From an uncultured Thermoplasmata archaeon (GTDB lineage: Archaea > Thermoplasmatota > Thermoplasmata > RBG-16-68-12): DNA of 64,000 bases. The stretch covers positions 96,001 to 160,000 of the forward strand of contig CAVYJM010000018.1 of the NCBI GenBank assembly GCA_963768855.1, written 5' to 3'. The notes beneath the pieces were generated by a model. The model was not told the origin of the DNA. It made no database searches and saw only the letters and a list, made by a program, of their open reading frames with translations. Position numbers and translations under genes: made by a program. This document shows positions 28,478-37,935 of this stretch, piece by piece. The first letter of the stretch is position 1; every line of letters starts with the position of its first letter.

Positions 28478-29053
28478 TCATGCGCCGGCGAGCTCGGAGA
28501 AGAACCGCTTCCGTCGCCGGCTCCCGAGCCAGTACAGCACGACGGCGGCGGCCGCGGCAGCGGCTGCGAGGACCAAGGCGATCGCGCCGCCCGCCATCGC
28601 CGGGTTCGCAAGGCCGAGGAACTCCTGGGCGGCGGCGGGGGGAGCGAGCGTGGCGTTCGTCGGGCCGGACCCGGGGCCGGCGATGAGTCCACCCGAGCCG
28701 ACCGCGAGCAACAGGAACGCCCCGATCGCCGCCAAGACTCCCGCGCCCGACAAGGCAAGCACGATCGCGACCTTCTCGGGGTGCAGGAGCTTCCTCCCCT
28801 TCTGGGAGAGCTCGTAGTAGATCCACTTGCGGCCCTCGTCGACGCGCTTCACGAGCCCCGCGGCCTGGAGCTTCTCGAGATGCTCGAGGAGGGTCGGCTT
28901 GCTCAGGGCCAGGAGCGCGCTGAGGTCCGTGACCGTCTGTCGGCGCTCGTCGAGCTTCTTCAGGATGTCCACGCGGACCTCCGAGGCGAGAGCCTTGAAG
29001 CTCTCCTGGTCCAGGGTGATCGTCGACGGCCCGGGGAGCATCGGGGTTCGCAT
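28478..29053 (-). CDS. ArsR-type wHTH regulator with two C-terminal TM helices
   Basis: FKALASEVRVDILKKL...TVTDLS...SKPTLLEHLEKLQAAGLV...YYELS, then two hydrophobic segments. Confidence 0.85.
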   Translation of the reverse strand: MRTPMLPGPSTITLDQESFKALASEVRVDILKKLDERRQTVTDLSALLALSKPTLLEHLEKLQAAGLVKRVDEGRKWIYYELSQKGRKLLHPEKVAIVLALSGAGVLAAIGAFLLLAVGSGGLIAGPGSGPTNATLAPPAAAQEFLGLANPAMAGGAIALVLAAAAAAAAVVLYWLGSRRRKRFFSELAGA

Positions 29054-29183
29054 GGCCGGAAGGCCTCTTCAGGACATCCCCGTGATTCGGGATGAACCTA
29101 ACGACCGCGTTGCGCACGTCGCACGGCCCGTGCCGGCCACAACGATAAGCCGAGGACGGTCCTCCCCCCTGCGAGGTCGATCC

Positions 29184-29552
29184 GTGACCGCGCCGGTGAA
29201 GGTGAACCTCGACGAGAAGCTCGGGGCGTTCCGCGAGCTGTGGGATCCGAAGATCGTGGCCCAGGTGAACGACGCGTCCGTGAAGCTCGTGAAGGTGAAA
29301 GGAGAGTTCGTGTGGCATCACCACGAGGAGGAGGACGAGCTGTTCCTGGTCGTCCGAGGGCGGATGATCATCCAGACCCGGGACGGTGACGTCCCGCTGC
29401 ACGAAGGCGAGCTCGTCGTCGTGCCGCGCGGGGTGGAGCACCGACCCGTCGCCGAGGAGGAAGCCGCTGTCCTCTTGCTCGAGCCGAGCTCGACCCTCAA
29501 CACGGGGAACGTGCGCGATTCCAGGACGCGGGACCGGCCTGAGCGGATCTGA
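29184..29552 (+). CDS. Cupin-domain protein
   Basis: KGEFVWHHHEEEDELFLVVRG...VVVPRGVEHRP. Confidence 0.9.
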   Translation: MTAPVKVNLDEKLGAFRELWDPKIVAQVNDASVKLVKVKGEFVWHHHEEEDELFLVVRGRMIIQTRDGDVPLHEGELVVVPRGVEHRPVAEEEAAVLLLEPSSTLNTGNVRDSRTRDRPERI

Positions 29553-29556
29553 GTCG

Positions 29557-30204
29557 CTATTTCGGGACCTTCTGCCAGTCGTCGAGGAAGCGCTTCAGCC
29601 CGACGTCGGTCAGAGTGTGCTGGGTCATCTTCTTCAGGACGTCGAACGGCACGGTCACGACGTCCGCGCCGAGCTTGGCGGCCTCGATCACGTGGAGTGG
29701 GTGGCGGATCGACGCGACCAGGACCTCGCAGTCCCAGTCGTAGTTCCCGAAGATCTGGACGATCTCCCGGATGACCTGCATGCCTTCCTGGCCCTGGTCG
29801 TCGAGGCGCCCGATGAACGGGCTCACGTACTTCGCGCCCGCCTTGGCCGCGAGGATGGCCTGATTCGCGCTGAAGATGAGGGTCGTGTTGACCCGGATGC
29901 CTTCCGACGAGAGGACCTTGATTGCCTTCAGCCCCTCCGTCGTCATCTGCACCTTCACGACGACGTTCTTGTGGAGCTTCGCGAGCTTGCGGCCCTCCTT
30001 GATCATCTCCTCGGCCTGGGTCGAGGTGACCTCGAGGCTGATCGGTCCGTCCACGAGGGCGAGCACGTCCTGGACGACCTCGGACCACTTCCGGCCGGTC
30101 TTCGCCACGAGGGACGGGTTCGTCGTGACGCCGTCCAGGACGCCCCACGAGGCGGCCTCGCGAATCTCATCGACGTTCGCGGTGTCGAGGAAGATCTTGA
30201 CCAT
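29557..30204 (-). CDS. tal: Transaldolase (short Tal/FSA type)
   Basis: [15 protein letters not shown], Schiff-base Lys in [22 protein letters not shown]. Confidence 0.93.
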   Translation of the reverse strand: MVKIFLDTANVDEIREAASWGVLDGVTTNPSLVAKTGRKWSEVVQDVLALVDGPISLEVTSTQAEEMIKEGRKLAKLHKNVVVKVQMTTEGLKAIKVLSSEGIRVNTTLIFSANQAILAAKAGAKYVSPFIGRLDDQGQEGMQVIREIVQIFGNYDWDCEVLVASIRHPLHVIEAAKLGADVVTVPFDVLKKMTQHTLTDVGLKRFLDDWQKVPK

Positions 30205-30328
30205 GGCGCATCGCCCGCCGCGTGCCGATAGCAGGCCCCGGTTAAGAGGGTTTCCTCCCTGAAGGAGAGCCGCCCCGACAAGGGACGGAGCAAGCTACTT
30301 ATGCGGTGGCCGCGGTCCGCGCGGCTCG

Positions 30329-31570
30329 TTGGCGTCCCCCGCGTCCCTCTGGCGGCACCGCGACTTCATGCTCCTCTGGATCGGCCAGAGCGTCTCCCAG
30401 GTGGGCAACCAGTTCACGGGGCTGGCGCTGCCGCTCATCGCGGTCCTGACGCTCGACGCGACCGCGGGAGAGATGGGCCTCCTGGGCGCGATGGGCACCC
30501 TCCCGTTCCTGCTCTTCGGCCTCCTGATCGGCGTCTGGGTGGACCGTCATCCCCGCCGGCCGATCCTGTTGCTGGCGGACCTCGGGCGCGGGGCGATCGT
30601 CGCGGCGGTCGCGGCGCTGGCCCTCGTGCGGCTCCTCGGAATCCCCACCCTGTACGTCTTCGCGTTCCTCGTCGGCATCTTGACCGTCTTCTTCGACGTC
30701 AGCTACCAGGCCTACCTGCCCTCCCTCGTGGACCGCTCGCAGCTCGTCGAAGGAAACAGCAAGCTCGAGACGTCCAACGCGATGGCGGCCGTGGGCGGCC
30801 CGGTCCTCGCCGGGGTCGTGATCCAAATCCTCTCCGCCCCCTTCGCCATGATCTTCGACGCGCTCACGTTCTTCTTCTCGTCGGGCACCTTGTGGCGGAT
30901 CCGCAAGGTCGAACCGCCGAAGGAGGCCCTCGTCCACGGCTCCGTCCTGCACGACGTGAAGGAGGGCTTGGCGGTGATCTTCCGCGACCGGCGCCTCTGG
31001 TCCATCGCCGGGTGCACGGGCACCTCGAACTTCGCGAGCGGCGCGATCTTCGTCGCCCTCCTCGTGTTCTACGCGGTGCGGTACCTCGGGATGAACGCTG
31101 CCACGCTGGGCGTCGCGACGGGCATCGGCGCCCTCGGCGGAATCGTGGGGGCCGTGAGCGGCGGGGCGATCGCGGAGCGTCTCGGCGTCGGCCCGACCAT
31201 CGTGGCCTCCGCCTTCCTCTTCGGCCTGGGGCCCGCGGGGCTGCTCTTCGCGACCCCCGCCACGGCCATCCCGTTCATCGCGATTGTCACGGCGGTCACC
31301 GCCTTCGGCTCCGTCATCTACAACATCAACCAGGTCAGCCTCCGCCAGGCCCTCGTCCCGCTTCGCCTGCAGGGTCGGATGAACGCGTCCATGCGCTTCC
31401 TCGTCTGGGGCACCCTGCCCATCGGGAGCGTCGTCGGCGGCGTCCTGGCGAGCGTCCTCGAAGTGCGGACCGCCATCCTGCTCATGGTCGTCGTGGGCCT
31501 CGGGTCGTTCCTCTGGGTGTTCTTCTCGCCGGTCCGTCGGCTCCGGACCGTGCCCGAGCCGCTTGCCTGA
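30329..31570 (+). CDS. MFS transporter
   Basis: About 12 TM segments, GVWVDRHPRR motif A, LRQALVP...GRMNA. Confidence 0.92.
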   Translation: MASPASLWRHRDFMLLWIGQSVSQVGNQFTGLALPLIAVLTLDATAGEMGLLGAMGTLPFLLFGLLIGVWVDRHPRRPILLLADLGRGAIVAAVAALALVRLLGIPTLYVFAFLVGILTVFFDVSYQAYLPSLVDRSQLVEGNSKLETSNAMAAVGGPVLAGVVIQILSAPFAMIFDALTFFFSSGTLWRIRKVEPPKEALVHGSVLHDVKEGLAVIFRDRRLWSIAGCTGTSNFASGAIFVALLVFYAVRYLGMNAATLGVATGIGALGGIVGAVSGGAIAERLGVGPTIVASAFLFGLGPAGLLFATPATAIPFIAIVTAVTAFGSVIYNINQVSLRQALVPLRLQGRMNASMRFLVWGTLPIGSVVGGVLASVLEVRTAILLMVVVGLGSFLWVFFSPVRRLRTVPEPLA

Positions 31571-31662
31571 CCGGGCTCGCGCTCGAAGGCCGACAGAAAA
31601 AAGGGGGAAGGAGGTAATCAGAAAAGGGGAAGGGAGGGGCCACAAGGGCCCCTTGTAGTCGT

Positions 31663-32244
31663 CTAGCCGAGGGTCGTCGCAATCCGCTTCAGGAGCGGCC
31701 GGCGCTCGACGAACGAGGTGTTCTGGAGGATCCCGTCCAGGCCGAAGAACCGGCCGGGCACCAGGAAGATGAACGCAACGAACACCAAGATGTAGATGAT
31801 GTACGAGCTGACCAGCGCATTCTTGGAGAGCAGGAAGTCGAAGTACGAGCCTGCGAACCCAGCGGTCATCGCCGGAAGCGTGGACAGGTACAGGAGGCTC
31901 GACAGGAGGGCGCCACTGAGGCCGCCGACCCGCGTGAGGACCCCGAAGATCAGGGAAATCCCGATCAGCAACTCGCCGTAGACGAGCAGGTACTCGACGG
32001 CAGGGTTGCCCGACATGCCCGTGAACACGGCCGCGAACGGTCCGGCCACGTGGGACAAGAAGCCCTGCGTCGCCATGCCCCCGCTCAACTCAGTCTCAAT
32101 CTTTTCGTAGCCCCCGTACAGAAACATGAACCCGAGTGCCAGTCGCAGGGCGAAGATGGACCACGCCGTGCCGGACTTCAGGTTCTTTCCGAACAGGGTC
32201 TTCGTCAACGTCTTGTGCTCGCTCTCGCTTGCATAGGCCCCCAT
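31663..32244 (-). CDS. DoxX/DoxD-like membrane protein
   Basis: LRLALGFMFLYGGYEK, GELLIGISLIFGVLTR, GRFFGLDG; start 32244 or 32268. Confidence 0.8.
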   Translation of the reverse strand: MGAYASESEHKTLTKTLFGKNLKSGTAWSIFALRLALGFMFLYGGYEKIETELSGGMATQGFLSHVAGPFAAVFTGMSGNPAVEYLLVYGELLIGISLIFGVLTRVGGLSGALLSSLLYLSTLPAMTAGFAGSYFDFLLSKNALVSSYIIYILVFVAFIFLVPGRFFGLDGILQNTSFVERRPLLKRIATTLG

Positions 32245-32431
32245 CGGCTTCACCTCGGGAACGACCAATCCGGCGGTCGGCTAAGAGAAGTATTGACATA
32301 CACTTCATTCGAATATATACGGATTCGAAATATGGAAGGATACCACCCCCGCGACCGAGCCCCTCTCCCGGTCCCGGGGTCCTACAGACGTAGTCGATGG
32401 GCGGGGTATGTACTTGCCATTTAGGTGGACG

Positions 32432-32728
32432 TCACACGGCGAGGAGGGCCTGGACGAGCACCAGACCGCCGGCGACGACGAGGACGACCCCGATCGCCCG
32501 GGACGCGAAGGGGGGCCGCCAGCCGATCTTCTCGACGAAGATTCGCGATCGAGATCCCGCCCATCCAGACGAGGCTCATCGCGCCGGAGACGAAGAGGAC
32601 GAGTATGAAGAGCCAGCAGCACCCGATGCAACACGGCGCATGGTGCATCCCCATCCGCCATGCGCCCCTCCGCCCGCTGCGCCAGTGCTCCATGACGAAC
32701 CCGAGCGGGGACTGGCAGTGGATCAGAA
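32432..32728 (-). pseudogene. C-terminal remnant of a DUF2182 metal-binding membrane protein
   Basis: HCQSPLGF...WR.G..GAWRMG..H...CIGCCW...WMGG; frameshift before IFVEKIG; no N-terminal part. Confidence 0.7.
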
Positions 32729-32751
32729 CCCACCCTGGGCGTGCAGGGCGG

Positions 32752-33711
32752 TCAACGCGCTCGGCGCTTGACGACCGCCCGCGCCGCCTCGGCCACCTTC
32801 GCCGCGGTCAGGCCGTACTTCGCGAATAGCTCCTCGGACTCCCCGCTCTCCCCAAAGACGTCCTGCACGCCGACGAACGCCATGGGCACGGGATGGTTCT
32901 GGACCACCACCGAGGCCACCGCGCCGCCGATGCCGTGGACCACGGTGTGCTCCTCCGCGGTCACGATGCCGCCGGTCTCCCGCGCCGCCTTGTCGATCGT
33001 GGCCACGTCGAGCGGCTTGACCGTCGAGAGGTTGATCACGCGCGCGCTGATCTTCTCCTGGGCGAGGGTCTCGGCCGCCTGAAGGCAGCGGGCCACCATC
33101 ACGCCGCAGCCGACGAGCGTGACGTCCGATCCGTCCCGCATCACGGTCGCCTTCCCGATCTGGAAGCGGTCCTCGGGGCCCGTCAGCGTGGGCACGTTCG
33201 ACCGAGAGAAGCGGCAGTAAACGGGTCCCTGGACCGCGACGGCGGCCTCGACGCATCGGCCCGTCTCGGGCCCGTCCGCGGGGACGAGGACCGTCATCCG
33301 CGGCAGGCCGCGCATGAGTCCGATGTCCTCATTGATCTGGTGCGTCGCCCCGTCCGGCCCGACACTGAGCCCGGCGTGGGAGCAGAAGATCTTCACGTTC
33401 AGCCTCGTGTACGCCACGTTCTGCCGGATGATGTTGTACGTGTGCGCGCTCCCGAAGACGGAGTAGGTGGAGGCGAAGGCGATCTTGCCGGCCGCCGCCA
33501 GGCCCGCGGCGATGCTCATCATGTTCGGCTCCGCGATGCCGACCTGGAACAGCCGGTCGGGGAACGCCTTACCGAAGTCGACCGTCTTGATGGACTCGGT
33601 CGTGTCCGCTCCCACCACGACAAGGTCCGGGTTCGTCTTCCCGAGCTCCACGAGCGCCTTGCCGAAGTAGCCGCGCATGCTCTCCGATTTCCACGGCTGC
33701 GGCAGCGTCAT
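32752..33711 (-). CDS. tktC: Transketolase, C-terminal subunit
   Basis: GIAEPNM, HAGLSVGPDGATHQ, GPVYCR, VTAEEH. Confidence 0.93.
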   Translation of the reverse strand: MTLPQPWKSESMRGYFGKALVELGKTNPDLVVVGADTTESIKTVDFGKAFPDRLFQVGIAEPNMMSIAAGLAAAGKIAFASTYSVFGSAHTYNIIRQNVAYTRLNVKIFCSHAGLSVGPDGATHQINEDIGLMRGLPRMTVLVPADGPETGRCVEAAVAVQGPVYCRFSRSNVPTLTGPEDRFQIGKATVMRDGSDVTLVGCGVMVARCLQAAETLAQEKISARVINLSTVKPLDVATIDKAARETGGIVTAEEHTVVHGIGGAVASVVVQNHPVPMAFVGVQDVFGESGESEELFAKYGLTAAKVAEAARAVVKRRAR

Positions 33712-34544
33712 GGCGGCACCACCAGTTCCGCGAGGGCCTCCTTGTACTCTTCGTCCGTCGTCGCGGCCCCGTGGTACTTGATCTTGTTCTCCATGAACGA
33801 GACGCCCTTCCCCTTGACCGTGCGGGCGAGGATCACGGTGGGCCGACCCTTCGTCCCCTGGGCCTCCTCGATCGCCGCGAGGATCTGGCGGAAGTCATGC
33901 CCGTCGATCGTGAGGACGTTCCAGTTGAAGGCCCGCCACTTTTCGGCGAGCGGCTCGAGCGGCATGATGTCCTCCGTGCGGCCCTCCTGCTGGATGCCGT
34001 TCCGGTCCACGAAGGCCGTGAGGTTGTCGAGGCCGTACTTGGCCCCCGCCATCGCGGCCTCCCAGGTCTGCCCGACGTCCTGCTCGCCGTCGCCCATGAT
34101 GCAGTAGACCCGCCAGGGCTTGTGGTCCGTGCGCGCGGCGAGCGCGAGGCCGACGGAGAAGGAGAGACCCTGCCCCTCCGCGCCCGCGGCGTTCTCGATC
34201 CCCGGGGTCGTGCCGAGCTCGGGGTGGCCCTGGAGGCGGCTGTTGATCTTGCGGAACGTCAGGAGCTCCTCAACCGGGAAGAAGCCGCGCTCGGCCAGGG
34301 CGGCATACCACACCGGGCAGGCGTGGCCCTTGCTCAGGACGAACCGATCGCGATCGGGCCACGTCGGGTTCTTCGGGTCCACGCGCAGCGTCCGGAAGTA
34401 GAGCGCGGTCACGAGGTCGCACGCGCTCAGCGAGCCGCCGGGGTGGCCGCTCTGGGCCGCGTGGGTCATCTGGATGATGTGGCGCCGGAGGATCGTCGCT
34501 TGTCGCTTCAGATTCGCGATCGTCTCTTCCGTGATTTCGCCCAT
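33708..34544 (-). CDS. tktN: Transketolase, N-terminal subunit
   Basis: SGHPGGSLS, DRFVLSKGH, LQGHP, GDGE ThDP motif; start MGEITEE. Confidence 0.93.
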   Translation of the reverse strand: MGEITEETIANLKRQATILRRHIIQMTHAAQSGHPGGSLSACDLVTALYFRTLRVDPKNPTWPDRDRFVLSKGHACPVWYAALAERGFFPVEELLTFRKINSRLQGHPELGTTPGIENAAGAEGQGLSFSVGLALAARTDHKPWRVYCIMGDGEQDVGQTWEAAMAGAKYGLDNLTAFVDRNGIQQEGRTEDIMPLEPLAEKWRAFNWNVLTIDGHDFRQILAAIEEAQGTKGRPTVILARTVKGKGVSFMENKIKYHGAATTDEEYKEALAELVVPP

Positions 34545-34790
34545 GGCCGCCTCCCACCCGCTCGCCCCTTCCCTCGGGGGATGCGGCGGGAGAAGACCCC
34601 TTGGACTTAAGGGCTTTGGTCGTCCGTGGCGGTGGGACCCATGTCGTTGAAACAAAGAGCCCGTGACGCCCTCGTCCCCCGGCGCGGCCGTCGCCCCCGA
34701 GCGGCTGCACGCCATCGTAAGTTTCTTGTAACGACGACCCGATGGGTACTACGTGGAGTCGATGCCGCAATCGCCGGAGGGAGTGATGTC

Positions 34791-35465
34791 ATGCGGACGC
34801 TGACGGAGCGGGGGCTTCGGTGGATCGTGGTCTCCTTGGCGCTTGCACTCGGCGCGAACGCCGTCTTCTTTGGGTTCTCCGTGGTCGTCATCGGTGGCCC
34901 CGGACTTGACCTTGGAACTTGGACGCTCGTTCTGGGGCTCTGGGAAGCTCTCCTCTTCGCAAGCGTCGTGCCGGGATTCCTCGGGTTCTGGCGAATGTGG
35001 CAGGGCAAGCGCGAATACAACTCGAAGCGCGATCACGACATGAAATGGGCCAGCGCCGCATTCGTCCTTGGCGCGGTGAGCGCCCTCATGTTCTTTGGCA
35101 CCGGCGTGGTCCTCGGGCTCTTCTACGTGCAGGCGACGTCCGCGCCAGGCTGGACGCTCCGGGCAGCGCATCAGAGTGCGCCGGTCCTGCTCGTGATCCT
35201 CGTCGGTTTGTTCCTGCTTTGGACCATCTGGCGGCTGGGAACGACACTGTCTCGGTGGGTCGCCGCCGGGGCGTTTCTGTCCGGGGTTCTGGTGCTGGTC
35301 CTCGGCACACTTACCGTGGCGTATTCGCTTCCCATGAGCGTATGGGACATCGCACTCGCGCTGCCGGTCCTTTCCGTTGGCCTGTGGCTAGTGGCATATC
35401 TGCTCGTCACGGCGCACCTTCGGGATGGCAGTCCCCGACCGTCCGCGAGTCCCGCGACGACCTGA
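34791..35465 (+). CDS. Hypothetical multi-pass membrane protein
   Basis: About six TM segments; GGAGG before ATG 34791; more T-ending codons than neighbours. Confidence 0.7.
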   Translation: MRTLTERGLRWIVVSLALALGANAVFFGFSVVVIGGPGLDLGTWTLVLGLWEALLFASVVPGFLGFWRMWQGKREYNSKRDHDMKWASAAFVLGAVSALMFFGTGVVLGLFYVQATSAPGWTLRAAHQSAPVLLVILVGLFLLWTIWRLGTTLSRWVAAGAFLSGVLVLVLGTLTVAYSLPMSVWDIALALPVLSVGLWLVAYLLVTAHLRDGSPRPSASPATT

Positions 35466-35750
35466 GGCAGCATCGCACTACCGTCGTTGGCGTCCGCCCT
35501 CGTCGCCCCCGAGCGGACCACCCGCCTCCGGAATGCATTTGGGAGCGATATCCTGGATGAATCCTGCATGAGGACCATTTGGGTGTGCAGGTAGGGGGTC
35601 GGAAGCGGGATGGGAAGATGCTAGGGTCGCCCTCATGGGTTGGACAGGCGGCGAAGACTGCCAACTGGTGCGCTCGTCGCCTCAAGTTCGGCCGTCAGGG
35701 TTGCCCAAAGAGCATTGGCCGCGCCGGAGCAAAGTCCGCGAGGACGCGCA

Positions 35751-35978
35751 CTATCGGGGATGCGCCGGCCGCCGCACCGCTCCCCGGATCAGGAGGCCCA
35801 CGAACGCGGCCAGGAAAGCGACGGTGATCGCGAGGGTGGCGAACTCGGGAGCGTCGGATGCGGACGAGGCGAAGGTCAGCACCACGATGACCGCCACGGC
35901 GAACGGCACGAACCAGAACCCCGCGATCCAAAGCGGCTCCAGGACCCAGCGGTTGGGGCGTGGCTCCGAGCCCGTCAC
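35751..35978 (-). CDS. Small 2-TM hypothetical protein
   Basis: WVLEPLWIAGFWFVPFAVAVIVVL and LAITVAFLAAFVGLLIR; start uncertain. Confidence 0.45.
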   Translation of the reverse strand: MTGSEPRPNRWVLEPLWIAGFWFVPFAVAVIVVLTFASSASDAPEFATLAITVAFLAAFVGLLIRGAVRRPAHPR

Positions 35979-36024
35979 GGACCCGAATGGAGGGACGGGG
36001 TAGATACGCCCGCCGCTCGCCGAC

Positions 36025-36720
36025 TCAGCTTGGGCCGCGGGCCGCCTCGTCCGCGACCTTGCGGATCCGGGCGATGTTCTCCGCCACGTGGTCGGGAAAC
36101 ACCCCGGAGCCGGACACGAGGATGTCGGCGCCCGCGCCTGCCGCGGCCGCGGCCGTGTCGGCCTTGATGCCGCCATCCACCTGGAGTTCCACGCGGAGGC
36201 GGTTCCGATCGATGAACGAACGCGCCTCGCGGATTTTGGGAAGGACATCAGCGCGGAAAGCCTGGCCCGCGAAACCCGGGTGGACTGTCATCACCAGGAG
36301 CAGGTCCACCTCCTTCAGGTAGGGGACCGCCTTCTCGAACGGCGTCGCGGGGTTCAGCACGAGCCCGGGCCTCACGCCCGCGTCGCGGATGGCCCGGATC
36401 GTGGCGTGCGGGTCGTGGTCGCTCTCCACGTGCACGGTCAGGTCATCGACGCCCGCCTCGGCGAACGCCTTCACGAAATCCTGGGGTCGTGTGACCATCA
36501 GGTGGGCGTCGAACGGGACCCGGGTCAGCGGGCGGATCGCCTTCACGATGGCCGGGCCCATCGTCAGGTTCGGGACGAAGTGGCCGTCCATGACGTCGAT
36601 GTGGAGCAGGTCCGCGCCTGCGTCGACGGCCTCTTTGACCTGCTCCCCGAGGCGGTCGAACCGGGCGGAGAGGATCGAGGCCGCGATCTTGATGGCCACG
36701 GGCGCGGCGAATGCGCGCAA
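36025..36720 (-). CDS. rpe: Ribulose-phosphate 3-epimerase
   Basis: IAASILSA, HIDVMDGHFVPNLTMG, DAHLMV, MTVHPGFAGQ, VDGGI. Confidence 0.97.
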   Translation of the reverse strand: MRAFAAPVAIKIAASILSARFDRLGEQVKEAVDAGADLLHIDVMDGHFVPNLTMGPAIVKAIRPLTRVPFDAHLMVTRPQDFVKAFAEAGVDDLTVHVESDHDPHATIRAIRDAGVRPGLVLNPATPFEKAVPYLKEVDLLLVMTVHPGFAGQAFRADVLPKIREARSFIDRNRLRVELQVDGGIKADTAAAAAGAGADILVSGSGVFPDHVAENIARIRKVADEAARGPS

Positions 36721-36777
36721 GGAGAATAAGGGTTCCCTCCCCCGCGGGGGCGCCGCGGAGGAGGTTGGGTCCCGGGC

Positions 36778-37764
36778 TCAGGGATACGTGTACGCGACGA
36801 GGTCCGCCCGGAGCGACAGGTCGTCCCACGGGCCGAGGGTCGCCTGCGCCTTCACGACGTTGCCGACCTGGCCGCTGTACCAGAGCACGGCGAGCGCCTG
36901 GGACGGCTCCATCTCCACGGAGGTCGTCACGTTCATGACCTCGCTGGCCACACGGTCGGAGAGGTCGTCATCGTGGCCGGCGGCGACCTGGACCGGGATC
37001 GCGCCGAAGGTCCCCGCGGGGACCGTCACGTTCGACGCGGAGCCGGTGTGGACCGCGAGATCGAGGGCGAACGTCTCGTTCGACGAGCGGTTCCAGGTGT
37101 ACGTGTGGTTGCCGTACGTCACGAGCGCCTCGGACCGGTGGTGGACCGACACGTTCGACGCGGCCGCCCAGCTCGCGTTCGCGGTCACCGGAAACTGCCA
37201 CAGGGCGAGCGCAGGCGCATAGGCCGTCCAGGTGCTGGCCGTGTACACGTAGCTGAAGGTCTGGTTCTCGTACGTGTACGAGCCGTTCATCGAAAGGGTC
37301 CAAGCCGCTCCCACGCGCGCGAGGTCCGACGTCCGGTAGAGGATGTACCCGGCCACGCTCGCGGTGCGATACGTGGCGGAACTGTCCTCCCTCGAGCAGA
37401 AGGAATCACTCAGCGTGTACGACGCCGTGACGGTCACGTTGTAGACGGAGCCCGCGGGGTTCGACTCGGTCCCTGCGACGGCCTCCTTCACCCAGCCATG
37501 CAGCAGGGGGGATCCGTCCGCGTCCTGCGTGTCGATCCCGGATCGACCCACCGTCACGTTGTACGTCCACGAGTCGCCGGAGTCCCAGGCGGGGACGGAG
37601 TAGTTCCCGACGTTCCCTCCAGTACCCGGGTTCGACGGATTGCTCGTCGGGGCCCCGGGGGTGTTCGGCGTCTCTTTCTGAACGTTCGGCGACAGAACGA
37701 GTCCTGCGAGGATGACCGCGACGGCGATCACGACCGCGAGGACGATGTATCGTTTCCCCTTCAT
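36778..37764 (-). CDS. Secreted/membrane-anchored beta-rich protein, paralog 1
   Basis: N-terminal hydrophobic anchor, P/T/N/G linker, PAWDSGDSWTYNV, WQFP...NASW, VTVPAGTF, WYSGQVGNVV. Confidence 0.75.
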   Translation of the reverse strand: MKGKRYIVLAVVIAVAVILAGLVLSPNVQKETPNTPGAPTSNPSNPGTGGNVGNYSVPAWDSGDSWTYNVTVGRSGIDTQDADGSPLLHGWVKEAVAGTESNPAGSVYNVTVTASYTLSDSFCSREDSSATYRTASVAGYILYRTSDLARVGAAWTLSMNGSYTYENQTFSYVYTASTWTAYAPALALWQFPVTANASWAAASNVSVHHRSEALVTYGNHTYTWNRSSNETFALDLAVHTGSASNVTVPAGTFGAIPVQVAAGHDDDLSDRVASEVMNVTTSVEMEPSQALAVLWYSGQVGNVVKAQATLGPWDDLSLRADLVAYTYP

Positions 37765-37935
37765 CCATGCACCTCCTGACGGGTGCGGCCAGACACGGGG
37801 CGGGTATTTCCGTTTTGTAGAACACCTGTCGAACAAATGTCTGACATTGACAAAACGTCGGACGCCACGGACCGAGGTTCAGAAAGAGATCCCTCCCCCG
37901 GCGGATGGTGCCGGGAGAGGGCGGGGCGACTTCGC

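Noticed and set aside
35466-35750. Additional gene or ncRNA in this gap
   Set aside because: No frame with coding-like bias and no recognisable structure.
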